A DNA stretch of 64,000 bases from a bacterium (GCA_027620445.1 JAQBYG010000002.1:1130-65129); one strand, 5' to 3'; positions 37,994 through 47,005 are shown, numbered from the stretch's first letter. Numbers and translations: made by a program. Notes: generated by a model not told the origin, from the sequence alone.

Positions 37994-38710
37994 ATGCTAA
38001 ATAATATAAAATGGATATTGCTTTCTGTTCTGTACTTTATTTTCTCTTTCGCCGTTCTCATTACGAATTTCCTAACAATAGCATATGTTATTTTTGTGTT
38101 GGAAATTAATGTCGGCATACCGTTTTGGAATTACTTCCCCACAGCATTCTTTTTTGTGAATGGAGCAATCTTCTTAGCAATTGAGCTTGTTTATCTATTT
38201 TTATTACTACGCGTGCAGGTTGAGGCACAAAAGCATTCCGACATAATACTTAGTAAATTTGAGAAAGTACTTCCAATACTAATTTGGCCTTTTTTTGCTT
38301 GTTTGGTATTTTTTCTGGCAGAGACTTTTGATATACGAGACCTGAAACTGCTATTTTTAATTGGGTATATTTCTGTTTTTTTCACTCATATAACTATCAG
38401 GTACAAGGCAAAACAACTTAAAATATTGCTACTCGCAGGTATCTTAATCGTATCCTCAGAGCTGGTATATTGGTCAATTCGTCTAGCTACTTTCCCAGAA
38501 TGCAGAACCTCTTATGACGTTCCCATTCTGTCTGGGCAACACAGTGTTGAATGCAAAACTGCACCTCGTTTTAACCGAAAAACAATGGAGTTAGTTGTGG
38601 AACAAGTTGCTTCACTTCGCCAGTTACTCTATCCCGCTATAGTTTGTTTTGCATTGACTTTCCCACTAAAAAAAGCAAAAAAGAAGATGGTCGCTAACAA
38701 CCCGATCTAA
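37994..38710 (+). CDS. Hypothetical multi-pass membrane protein (AT-rich)
   Basis: About 6 hydrophobic segments; ATG 7 nt after tRNA-Lys. Confidence 0.7.
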   Translation: MLNNIKWILLSVLYFIFSFAVLITNFLTIAYVIFVLEINVGIPFWNYFPTAFFFVNGAIFLAIELVYLFLLLRVQVEAQKHSDIILSKFEKVLPILIWPFFACLVFFLAETFDIRDLKLLFLIGYISVFFTHITIRYKAKQLKILLLAGILIVSSELVYWSIRLATFPECRTSYDVPILSGQHSVECKTAPRFNRKTMELVVEQVASLRQLLYPAIVCFALTFPLKKAKKKMVANNPI

Positions 38711-38766
38711 AGCTTGTACTTTTCCATTATTCTTTGGTAAACTTCAAGAGAGTTTTCAAAATAGGA

Positions 38767-38797
38767 GTTCCACTTTTGGGACAGATGGCTCACAAAA
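38767..38797 (+). repeat. Junction repeat, copy 3, ending in a 12-bp duplicate of the tRNA-Lys 3' end
   Basis: TGGCTCACAAAA at 38786-38797 equals 37980-37991; preceded by GTTCCA-cttt-TGGGAC. Confidence 0.6.
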
Positions 38798-38810
38798 TCT
38801 GTACCTACCA

Positions 38811-39299
38811 TCAAGCTGACACAAATTTGAGTGTCTTGTGGCTTTTTTTGCAAGCATCCCAAGGATAGACCCTACCGCTCATTGCAATATAGACACCTTC
38901 TGTAAGAACATCTATGGCGCCAACCGCTGTCCCAAGATTAAACGCGGCATCTGAGTCGACATGAATAGCAGGCAACAGGGCGCCCGTCAAAACAATCACT
39001 TTCCCCTTAATCTTGTGTAATACGCTCGCGGTTGCAACCATCGTGTCTGTACCGTGCGTGATAATAATTTTCTTCTCTTTGGCACTAAGACAAGCCTCAT
39101 AGATGCGCTCTCTGTCCTGTGCTGTTATATCCAAGCTGTCTTTCTTCATCAGCTCAACCACTCTGTACCTGAAGTTCGGCTGGAACTTTTTTAGGTACTT
39201 GGTAACAGCGGGCTTTGAGATTTCGAACGAATAACTGGCCAAAACTTTGGGGTACTCTTTATCAATCGTGCCACCCGTTTGAATAAATAAGACTGACAT
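38811..39299 (-). CDS. Short-chain L-asparaginase (N-terminal catalytic domain only)
   Basis: TGGTIDK, KDS, ITHGTDTM, LTGA, SDAAFNL; 162 aa; SD AAGGAGAGG. Confidence 0.9.
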   Translation of the reverse strand: MSVLFIQTGGTIDKEYPKVLASYSFEISKPAVTKYLKKFQPNFRYRVVELMKKDSLDITAQDRERIYEACLSAKEKKIIITHGTDTMVATASVLHKIKGKVIVLTGALLPAIHVDSDAAFNLGTAVGAIDVLTEGVYIAMSGRVYPWDACKKSHKTLKFVSA

Positions 39300-39315
39300 T
39301 TGCCTCTCCTTTCAC

Positions 39316-39523
39316 AAAAAAACCCTTGTACTGCATCAAGCGAAACGCTCAATGACGTACAGGGGCTCATGAAATAAGAGCTGTGCCACCCTGCTTTAGA
39401 CTACTCAGATTCTCCAGCTACTGCCGACAAATCTTTCGTTCTGTTACGGGAACTTCCCGGAGAGTTCTACAATGAAAAATCATTTTCTTCTCTCGGCTCA
39501 ATTGTGTTAGCAATTTCATCGCC
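39316..39523 (-). promoter_or_regulatory. T-box riboswitch, Asn specifier, ultrashort Stem I, transcriptional terminator type
   Basis: Stem I GGC-GAUGA-AAUUG-CUAACA-CAAUU-GA-GCC; Stem II GAGAG/CUCUC; IIA/B GUUC-CCGUAACA-GAAC; antiterminator CAGGG-UGGCACA-GCUC/GAGC-CCCUG; overlapping terminator hairpin plus U7. Confidence 0.88.
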
Positions 39524-39535
39524 TGTTAAGGAGAG

Positions 39536-39563
39536 ATTCTAGCAGTGTATGCGGAGTTGTCAA
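39536..39563 (-). promoter_or_regulatory. Sigma-70 promoter of the T-box leader
   Basis: TTGACA-16 nt-TAGAAT with TG extension. Confidence 0.75.
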
Positions 39564-39628
39564 ATGGCTCGTAGACGCTATTCAGTGCAAGGGTCGTAGA
39601 AAGTGTGATTATGTAAAAAATAGTCAGA

Positions 39629-39796
39629 TTAACTAGCTGACGCTGCAACCTCTTCCTCTTGAGGAGGTGGCGCAACATCACCTGAGTCGGTCGAGTTCGT
39701 CTGAGCTAACCGTCTAAATTCAGCAATTTCAAGCATTAGCGGTGTATCAAGATCATCGTCTCTGTAATCTACAGCTTCTGGAGTTTGACCTGTCAT
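39629..39796 (-). CDS. Small acidic hypothetical protein (55 aa)
   Basis: ATG after GAAAGGA; upstream TGCTACAAT -10 box. Confidence 0.5.
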   Translation of the reverse strand: MTGQTPEAVDYRDDDLDTPLMLEIAEFRRLAQTNSTDSGDVAPPPQEEEVAASAS

Positions 39797-39969
39797 ATAC
39801 TTGGATCCTTTCAAGGATACTTGGATATTACGGCTGATTGTAGCATAGATGTGTATCTCGTCTACAAGATGCTCTACATTTTCAATAATCAAAAATGCGC
39901 CCACCATCAACTTCTACATTGGCTTTGTGTACTTAGTCCGCGGGGTTAACGAAACAGTAACTCTCACCT

Positions 39970-40656
39970 TCAAAGATACGCCTGAGCCACCAACCGAATA
40001 ACCCCTCCCTCCACCAAGCCATACTCAGCTCGCCCAAACTCAAATCTACCGGTGTTGAGGTATTTACTCGCTCTCACATCGCGCTGTATATGGCTATGAC
40101 CACAAACTAATACTTGATTCTGCTCCATGTGGTTTTCCGCGTAGCGCTGCAGCACCACGTCATCATAGCTATCAGATCTTCGCAGATACCTTCGATATAT
40201 TTCTGAGAGCACCAGGATATTTTTGTCACGAACGTAACAAAGTGTACGGTAGGCTCGCCTAATAAAAGGACTTGAGTTTCTGAAAATAATGTCTGCATGA
40301 AAGAGCGGATTCTGAGTGTCAATGTGGTGGCCATGTCGGATGTCGAGTCTCTGATCTCCAACCTGGAGGAGATGAACCACTGCTTGCCGCACAGAAAACA
40401 GGTTGACTCGCTCGTCACAAAACTGCTCTGTATCATGATTGCCGTACAAATATATGGTCTGCTTTTGCAAAAGGAGCGGAAAGAGTGCAGACCACTTGGA
40501 ATTAAGAAATGACGAAAACGTGCAGTAGTAACCATCCCAAAAATCGCCATTGATGATGACTTGGTCTACAGAGCGGATCAGCTCTGCCAGTGCGTTAAAC
40601 CGTGCGGGTTCAAAAATTGGAGTTAGGTGCGTGTCGGAAAATATCAGCGTGCGCAT
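39970..40656 (-). CDS. Calcineurin-like metallophosphoesterase (LpxH/YbbF-like)
   Basis: SDTHL, INGDFWD, GNHD, HGH, CGHSH, NTG. Confidence 0.9.
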   Translation of the reverse strand: MRTLIFSDTHLTPIFEPARFNALAELIRSVDQVIINGDFWDGYYCTFSSFLNSKWSALFPLLLQKQTIYLYGNHDTEQFCDERVNLFSVRQAVVHLLQVGDQRLDIRHGHHIDTQNPLFHADIIFRNSSPFIRRAYRTLCYVRDKNILVLSEIYRRYLRRSDSYDDVVLQRYAENHMEQNQVLVCGHSHIQRDVRASKYLNTGRFEFGRAEYGLVEGGVIRLVAQAYL

Positions 40657-40672
40657 GGGAATAGTTTAGCAT

Positions 40673-41584
40673 TCATTGCGATTCATTCGGCCGGCGATGA
40701 TTCAAAAACATCAGCAGTGCGCCAGCTAGGATTCCTAAGGGTATGGTTACCTTGGCAATACTGCTTAGTTCAACAAAAGACTCCTCAGCAGCTTGACGCA
40801 CTTCGGGTTCGAGAGTAATCGGATAAGTTAGAGCTGCTGCGATCCGTGTCCGTTTTCGTATCTGATACAGATTTCCAAGGATGCCTAGAGCCCCTGTTAT
40901 AAATACCGTCGGCATTTCTATCCCAAGCATTTTAAGTCTTGGAAAGAGACCCCTAAAGAGATTCTCCAGCACTCTATATATCTGGGTGCCTGGAAATCCA
41001 AGCAAGTCTCCGGCTTGTTTTGCTTCTGCTTTTCCTTTTGACTTGATATGCGCATTAACAAGACTTGGACCTGGATCACTGAGGACTTGCAGCATATACA
41101 TTACAATAATAAAGAACAACTTATTCTTATTTTTTTCTTGAAAAAATTCACGAAGAACAACTCCAAATTGACTGAGGGAAATTGATTCTCTGTCTCGCCT
41201 AGTGTCTAGCTTCAGACCTTCGCTTTCATCTCTGGTAATTTCTCCCCGTTTGCAAGCTCGCGCTGCTGCTCCATCAAAGGTGTCAGCGCCAGCAATAGCT
41301 AACCCAAGTAGAAATAACAGACATCTCTGTTTATTTGTCAGATCTTTGTGCTGACGTGCATACTCAACCAAGCAGGCGTCAAATAAAACTTTGGCCGCAA
41401 ACCCCGCATTCGTAATATCGTTGGGAAAATTCTTTTTATCTGGGTAGATTATAAGCAACTGAGCAGCGGTGAGATTTGCTATCCAAGTGACGACTGAGAC
41501 AACAAAATCGAGCGCATTTTTTGCTGCATTTTTTTCTTTTTCACCCCCACCGCTTGGAGACTCAGCACGCTCTACCATCAGCAC
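40673..41584 (-). CDS. Divergent CDP-alcohol phosphatidyltransferase family protein
   Basis: Signature DxxDGxxAR...GxxxDxxxD appears as DTFDGAAAR...GLKLDTRRD; TM helices. Start may be 41578. Confidence 0.7.
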   Translation of the reverse strand: MLMVERAESPSGGGEKEKNAAKNALDFVVSVVTWIANLTAAQLLIIYPDKKNFPNDITNAGFAAKVLFDACLVEYARQHKDLTNKQRCLLFLLGLAIAGADTFDGAAARACKRGEITRDESEGLKLDTRRDRESISLSQFGVVLREFFQEKNKNKLFFIIVMYMLQVLSDPGPSLVNAHIKSKGKAEAKQAGDLLGFPGTQIYRVLENLFRGLFPRLKMLGIEMPTVFITGALGILGNLYQIRKRTRIAAALTYPITLEPEVRQAAEESFVELSSIAKVTIPLGILAGALLMFLNHRRPNESQ

Positions 41585-41616
41585 ATTCTAGGGCAAGCTA
41601 GTTATTACCTACTCAA

Positions 41617-42123
41617 CTACAACGCAAGCTCAATTCGCTCGACGCTCTTATCGACACTGTCAAAAATAACAAACGTTGGTATACCAGTCTTTCGTCCACA
41701 AAGCTCGCCTGGGTTGATGAGAAATCGCCCATTATTTTGCTCGACATGGTACTCGTGGTTATGACCGTGAATCACAAGGTCATGGATGCCTAAGCCATAC
41801 GCTGCTTGGGCAACTTCTGGGTAGTGATTCATAAAAATACGGACACCAGCAATCGATTTGTCTAGAGTGCCATCTGCCAGGTGGATTCGCTCATGTTCGG
41901 CAATTTTTTTGGTAATTATCTCTACAAAATCATGATTCGGCTCATTATTTCCCCAGACGAAGAAGACATCACCAATAAACTTGGCGAGCACCGCCACACC
42001 CTCTGGCTCAACAAGGTCGCCTGCATGCAGGAGTACCTCGCAGCCCGCTTCATTGGCTCTCGCTACGGCTTGTTCGAGCAAATCCCAACGGTCGTGAGAA
42101 TCGCTCACAATGGCAAATTTCAT
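41617..42123 (-). CDS. YfcE/MJ0936 family metallophosphoesterase
   Basis: SDSHD, HAGD, GNNE, HGHNH, INPG. Confidence 0.9.
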   Translation of the reverse strand: MKFAIVSDSHDRWDLLEQAVARANEAGCEVLLHAGDLVEPEGVAVLAKFIGDVFFVWGNNEPNHDFVEIITKKIAEHERIHLADGTLDKSIAGVRIFMNHYPEVAQAAYGLGIHDLVIHGHNHEYHVEQNNGRFLINPGELCGRKTGIPTFVIFDSVDKSVERIELAL

Positions 42124-42128
42124 ACGGG

Positions 42129-43145
42129 TTATTGTACGCTACTAAGCAAGCGCTGTTCACGCGCTACATTCTCTAGTGCAGCCTGCAGCGCGAGAAGCTG
42201 CGTAGTTGGTTTATCATCTGCAGAAACAAAACTAAACTCAGCAAACGGACCGGGAGCACCTTTATAAATAAACGGGGTGACCGCAACTACTTCGGGCTTG
42301 CTCCAGATGTGTTGGAGAGCGTATTGATAGTATGAGGTTAGCCAACGTCCAGTTGCTTTGGTGTCCCGCCAACCGGTTTCGGTGATGTAGACCGGAAAAT
42401 GTTTGTCTGTTTTCTGGCGTAAGAAGGCGAGCTCGCTCTCAAAACCGCGTAGCGAATCCTTGCCCGTTCGGGTAGGGGAGGCTACAAAGCCCGGGTTTGG
42501 GTACGAGTGAGAGTTCCAGGCGTCCGCGTAAGAGAAAATCTCTGGGTCGTACTCGCTCAGAGCGGAAAGGTAGGAAAATGCCTCTCTAGTGTCTCGAGTG
42601 TTTCCCGCTGCCAGATCCATTGCTGCCGGCAACACAATAAAGCTTTTGTCTACCGCATGCGCCCAGTTGCTTGCAAAAATGAAGTCGCGAGCATACGAGC
42701 TGGGGTCAACCTCGCCACCCCATTCTTTGGCATGATTAACTTCGTTAAACACTATGATGCGCTTTTCTGCCGTTGGCCACTCGAGGGTAGAAAGGAAATC
42801 GAGTAGGGAAGTGATCTCTTTGCGATTTGGTCGCTGCCAACTGCCGTTCTCGAATCTAGTCGCAAGGCGGACTATAGGAATAATACGCTCCTGCTTGGCC
42901 TGGGTAAAAAGCTGTTGCCAGCGAGCCTGGGAATCGAGATCCGCCAAAGTCAGCGGCACGGTCATGTAGTGCCAGGCTTCCTCTGATGTAGAAACTTGAT
43001 TCGGAAAAAGGATGCGCTTCGCATCAGAAAATTCTTCAGGATTGAGGACATGGATGCCAATTTTTTCTACCGAGTCAGCTCGAACTTGGTTCGGGACACT
43101 AAGAGTAAGTAATAAAGCGATGTATAGCGTAAAAATATATTTCAT
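42129..43145 (-). CDS. Secreted clan GH-A glycoside hydrolase-like protein
   Basis: Signal peptide; acid/base motif FNEVN, SHSYP, nucleophile motif YITETGW. Confidence 0.75.
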   Translation of the reverse strand: MKYIFTLYIALLLTLSVPNQVRADSVEKIGIHVLNPEEFSDAKRILFPNQVSTSEEAWHYMTVPLTLADLDSQARWQQLFTQAKQERIIPIVRLATRFENGSWQRPNRKEITSLLDFLSTLEWPTAEKRIIVFNEVNHAKEWGGEVDPSSYARDFIFASNWAHAVDKSFIVLPAAMDLAAGNTRDTREAFSYLSALSEYDPEIFSYADAWNSHSYPNPGFVASPTRTGKDSLRGFESELAFLRQKTDKHFPVYITETGWRDTKATGRWLTSYYQYALQHIWSKPEVVAVTPFIYKGAPGPFAEFSFVSADDKPTTQLLALQAALENVAREQRLLSSVQ

Positions 43146-43223
43146 CTTAATACTTATAGGATATCATTTTTTCGGGTTATTGTCCAGATACACCCACCTT
43201 TGGTATACTGTACCCTCCGACTC

Positions 43224-43886
43224 ATGAAAAACTTGTTTTTTGCCTTTTCGTGGATATTTCTGTCGACTGGCGTCATCCTGACCAGCGTGGCTGGCGTGCA
43301 GTTCTACCTCCAAGGCATAACCTGGCAAGAATTTATTGGCAACCCAAGTGAAGCAGTGCGCGCAAGCATTACAACAGCGGCAGAAGAAGAAAAACAGGCT
43401 GAGATCACAGCCTTCATGGAAGTACAAGATGCCCGAGCCCAAATCGTGACCAACTTCCTCGCCAGGTACAAAGCGCCACTCACTCCGCACGCAGAGTATG
43501 GCGAACTATTTGTAGAAATCGCCGACGATTACGAGATAGACTTTAGACTACTGCCTTCAATCGCCATGCAGGAAAGCAATCTCTGTAAAGTAACGCCCCC
43601 CGGATCGTACAACTGTCTTGGCTTGGGAGTCCACTCTAGAGGTACCTGGGAGTTCGAAAGCTATGAAGAAAACTTCCGCGCTGCTGCCAACGTGCTCAAA
43701 AACAACTATATTGATAAAGGCTTGACTACTCCAGAACAAATCATGCGCAAGTACACTCCCTCGAGCAATGGTAGCTGGGCGGCCAGCGTCAACCAATGGA
43801 TGGCAGAAATGCGCTATGACGATAGAGGGGCAGGGCGGACCGCAAAAGAGGACGCTGATTTGCTTGAATTTGTTGAGACAAATTGA
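43224..43886 (+). CDS. Membrane-anchored lysozyme-fold (glucosaminidase/SLT-like) protein
   Basis: N-terminal TM helix; IDFRLLPSIAMQES, YNCLGLG, IMRKYTP. Confidence 0.7.
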   Translation: MKNLFFAFSWIFLSTGVILTSVAGVQFYLQGITWQEFIGNPSEAVRASITTAAEEEKQAEITAFMEVQDARAQIVTNFLARYKAPLTPHAEYGELFVEIADDYEIDFRLLPSIAMQESNLCKVTPPGSYNCLGLGVHSRGTWEFESYEENFRAAANVLKNNYIDKGLTTPEQIMRKYTPSSNGSWAASVNQWMAEMRYDDRGAGRTAKEDADLLEFVETN

Positions 43887-43902
43887 TCTAATTTGAGATA
43901 TA

Positions 43903-44012
43903 TTGACAATCTTATAGTAATTTGCTATATTACTAATACCTCAGAAGGTAAGTTCCTCACCGGAGTTTTCGTTCTGAGACAAAAGACCCCCCGCCTCGGC
44001 GGGGGTTTTTTT
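43903..44012 (+). ncRNA. Candidate ~75-nt small RNA with promoter and terminator
   Basis: TTGACA-17-TATATT with TG extension (43903-43931); hairpin CTCAGAA/TTCTGAG (43940-43978); terminator CCCCCGCC/GGCGGGGG plus T7. Confidence 0.65.
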
Positions 44013-44013
44013 G

Positions 44014-44100
44014 TGCCGAGAACAGGAATCGAACCTGCACGCCTTATTAAAGGGCACTGGATTCTAAGTCCAGCCTGTCTACCAGTTTCAGCATCTCGGC
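44014..44100 (-). tRNA. tRNA-Leu(TAG)
   Basis: GCCGAGA/TCTCGGC-A; anticodon arm CTGGA-CT TAG AA-TCCAG; variable arm. Confidence 0.95.
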
Positions 44101-44142
44101 AGCGTTGTTGCCCTATTGTACCGCACCAGCTAAGATAACAGC

Positions 44143-44571
44143 ATGCAGGCAGAGCAAATAGAGCAAAGCGGAACGATCCACCTCCACCCCAACTGGCACA
44201 GCATGCTATTGGCGTATGTTCATCTTGCACGAGCACTTTGGAAAAAAGTAATATTACTCTTCTTGACCGTGCATAGTCTCTATGGGTTATATCTTGCGAT
44301 CATATTTTTGCTACATGACTACCCGCTTCTAGAACAACAACTTGCAGCACACATAATCGACCGGGCGACCGTAGAGGACGTGGTTATCGAAGCAGTTATC
44401 GTGTTATTCGCGACAGTTCTCGAAATAGCCGTAGCCGTCCGGCTAGCCAAGAAAAAAGAGTTCCTCGAAGAAACAATTGATGCTGCAATCGGTACGGCAC
44501 TGCTAGTATTCGCTTCACAAATAAGAGTCTACATTGCTTCACTCGAAATCGTTTCGCTGATCATGAGGTAA
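44143..44571 (+). CDS. Hypothetical membrane protein
   Basis: Three hydrophobic helices; no motif recognised. Confidence 0.6.
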   Translation: MQAEQIEQSGTIHLHPNWHSMLLAYVHLARALWKKVILLFLTVHSLYGLYLAIIFLLHDYPLLEQQLAAHIIDRATVEDVVIEAVIVLFATVLEIAVAVRLAKKKEFLEETIDAAIGTALLVFASQIRVYIASLEIVSLIMR

Positions 44572-44579
44572 AATACGAC

Positions 44580-45254
44580 ATGCGCGCATACACCCTCAGG
44601 CGATCGCGGCGCTCAGCGAGCATTTCTATTCGCATCAATGGCGATAAAACGATTCACGTCACCGCACCCTATCTTGTCCCCAGTTTCATGGTAGATCTGT
44701 TTGTCAAAAAACAAGCAGACTGGATAGAGCAACAACTCAAAAAGCTACAACACAAAGCAGTGGCTGAAAGTAGTGAGAGTATTTTGTTATTTGGGAAACG
44801 CTACAACAAAAAAAACATTTCAGATCAAACACAACCAACTGGGTTTCTCATCGATGACCAAGATCTCGTCTATAACAACAGAGTGCAATCGATCGCAAAT
44901 AACTCAAGTACTTACACCAATGCAGTTGCGCGGTTTTTGCGCCAAACTGCAGAACTGTATCTACTCCCCAAATCTCACCAGCTGGCAAAAAAAATGCATG
45001 TCCAGTTTTCCAAAATTACCTTGCGCGAACAACGTTCTCGCTGGGGGAGTTGTAGCTCTCAGGGTTCGATCAACTTCAATTGGCGATTGGTTCATTTTGC
45101 CCCCGTTGTGATTGATTATGTCATCGTGCATGAGCTGGCTCATCTCGTACATCACAATCACTCAGCACAGTTTTGGGCCTTGGTTGCAAAGTTTGCACCA
45201 GAGTATCACCAAGCAAAAAAAGAGCTACAAAAATTTTCGATACCAGTCGGGTAG
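44580..45254 (+). CDS. YgjP/DUF45 family metal-dependent hydrolase
   Basis: SRWGSCS, NFNWRL, YVIVHELAH..HHNHS..FW. Confidence 0.92.
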   Translation: MRAYTLRRSRRSASISIRINGDKTIHVTAPYLVPSFMVDLFVKKQADWIEQQLKKLQHKAVAESSESILLFGKRYNKKNISDQTQPTGFLIDDQDLVYNNRVQSIANNSSTYTNAVARFLRQTAELYLLPKSHQLAKKMHVQFSKITLREQRSRWGSCSSQGSINFNWRLVHFAPVVIDYVIVHELAHLVHHNHSAQFWALVAKFAPEYHQAKKELQKFSIPVG

Positions 45255-45272
45255 AGTGTGTATACTACTCAC

Positions 45273-45458
45273 ATGAGCACCATTCACTGGACACTTCGTC
45301 ATCAGTCATTTTTGACACGCTTGACAAAGAAAGCGCACTGGCCACACGAAAAAACAAAGTCACACAAAACTTTACGGACCGTACTTACGGTTTGCCTGTA
45401 TCTTGCACACATCTTACTTGGATATCTTTTGGCACAGTTACAACGCATTGCTCAGTAG
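45273..45458 (+). CDS. Small hypothetical membrane protein
   Basis: ATG after TATACT; one TM helix; stop abuts the next ATG. Confidence 0.5.
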   Translation: MSTIHWTLRHQSFLTRLTKKAHWPHEKTKSHKTLRTVLTVCLYLAHILLGYLLAQLQRIAQ

Positions 45459-46139
45459 ATGAAAATACTTCATGGCTCGCACAGTGCGCACATTCACGAA
45501 GCGCTCGGTGGTGAGCTTGCAGCAGCAAAAGCCCGAGGCGAAGTGATAGTTCGATTCGCAGCAAAAAAAGGTAGCCTAGCTGATCTTGAGTTACTACTGG
45601 GGGAACAAAACTTATTTGCTCAACCAAAACTGGTTGTGATAGATGAGCTACACAGTTTACCTAAATCGACAGCCAAATCAGAACTCATTGAGTATCTAGC
45701 GAAATTTCAAAAAAACTCGGTCATACTTTGTGAACACAAGGAGCTTACTAAAACAGAACTGAACAAATTTCCTGAAGCGCAAGTCTCGCACTTTCCAACG
45801 AGCTCAACCTTGTTTAAGTGGCTCGACTGCCTTGGAAATTCCAGCGCTACAAAGCAAGCCTTGCTATACCTACAGCAGGCAAAAGAAACGGATGGAGCAG
45901 GGTTTTGCTTTGCGATGTTGACACGACAGGTCCGCCTTCTGCTGCAGACTAAAGATGGCGGGACCATCGCCGGCCCACCTTTTGTCCAAGCAAAACTAAA
46001 AAGCCAAGCGCATCGCTTTTCACTTTCTCAACTATTGGAGTTACACAACCAGTTGCTCGAGTACGACGATCAGAGTAAAAGAGGCGCCACTACGTTTTCA
46101 CTCGAACAAGAGCTTGATCTTTTGACACTCTCATTGTAG
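45459..46139 (+). CDS. holA: DNA polymerase III delta subunit-like protein (short)
   Basis: NLFAQPKLVVI, FAMLTRQVRLLL, PPFVQAKL..QA..F, D..SKRG. Confidence 0.7.
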   Translation: MKILHGSHSAHIHEALGGELAAAKARGEVIVRFAAKKGSLADLELLLGEQNLFAQPKLVVIDELHSLPKSTAKSELIEYLAKFQKNSVILCEHKELTKTELNKFPEAQVSHFPTSSTLFKWLDCLGNSSATKQALLYLQQAKETDGAGFCFAMLTRQVRLLLQTKDGGTIAGPPFVQAKLKSQAHRFSLSQLLELHNQLLEYDDQSKRGATTFSLEQELDLLTLSL

Positions 46140-46222
46140 AGTTGGTGGATCAGTCGCTATAGGCGAGTATCCGTATAACTTATTATTAAGGAATACTGCA
46201 ATCACTTGCGTATTAGAAGACT

Positions 46223-47005
46223 ATGATCATCCAGGCAAAAGATTTCACCAAAGACCTCATGGCGGGTAAAAAACTCGTTTCGTTCGACGCTGATGGCACG
46301 CTAGTAGAGAGTAAAACCAAAATGTCTCCCACCATGGTGGGGTTATTCAATTCACTCCTCGAAAAATATTTTGTGAACGTCATTTCTGGCGGCAAGTACC
46401 AGATTTTCGAAGAAAACGTACTCGAGGAAATTTCATCAGATCCAAAATTACTGTCGAACCTTACGCTTTCGCCGACCTGCGGAACAGTAATGTACATCAA
46501 CGAAAATGAAACTTGGAAAATATGCTACAAAGACGCGCTTGACCCGGATGTGGCTGAAGAGATCATCAGGGCAATCGAGTATGCTATGGAAAAAATAGGT
46601 CATAATCCAACAGAAACGTTTGGAGATATTATCGAAAACCGCGAAACCCAAATTACCTTCTCAGCTTTGGGACAAAAAGCTCCGCTTGCACTTAAGGAAG
46701 CTTGGGATCCAGATCAAAAAATCCGCCATAGAATGATCGAGTTTATGAAAGAGCAGCTCTCAAATCTCGACATCAAAATCGGTGGAACAACCTCAATCGA
46801 CGTGACTAAAGCAGGAATCAATAAGGCATTTGGGGTAAAGAAACTGATGGAACACTACGGACTCGGCGTACAGGAGGTTCTGTTTGTTGGTGATGCTTTG
46901 TTTGAAGGAGGCAACGATAAGCCCGTCTCAGACATGGGCGTGCTCTCGGTTCAAGTGAACAGTGTCACAGAGTGCGAAGAACTCATTCGAAAGATACTTA
47001 ATTAA
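46223..47005 (+). CDS. HAD-IIB hydrolase, eukaryote-type phosphomannomutase-like
   Basis: FDADGTL, ENRETQITFSALGQ, GGTTSIDV, GDALFEGGND. Confidence 0.85.
   Translation: MIIQAKDFTKDLMAGKKLVSFDADGTLVESKTKMSPTMVGLFNSLLEKYFVNVISGGKYQIFEENVLEEISSDPKLLSNLTLSPTCGTVMYINENETWKICYKDALDPDVAEEIIRAIEYAMEKIGHNPTETFGDIIENRETQITFSALGQKAPLALKEAWDPDQKIRHRMIEFMKEQLSNLDIKIGGTTSIDVTKAGINKAFGVKKLMEHYGLGVQEVLFVGDALFEGGNDKPVSDMGVLSVQVNSVTECEELIRKILN

Noticed and set aside
43938-44012. SRP RNA or 6S RNA identity for the orphan sRNA
   Set aside because: It lacks the SRP helix-8 CAGG/GNRA/AGCA motif and is much shorter than 6S.
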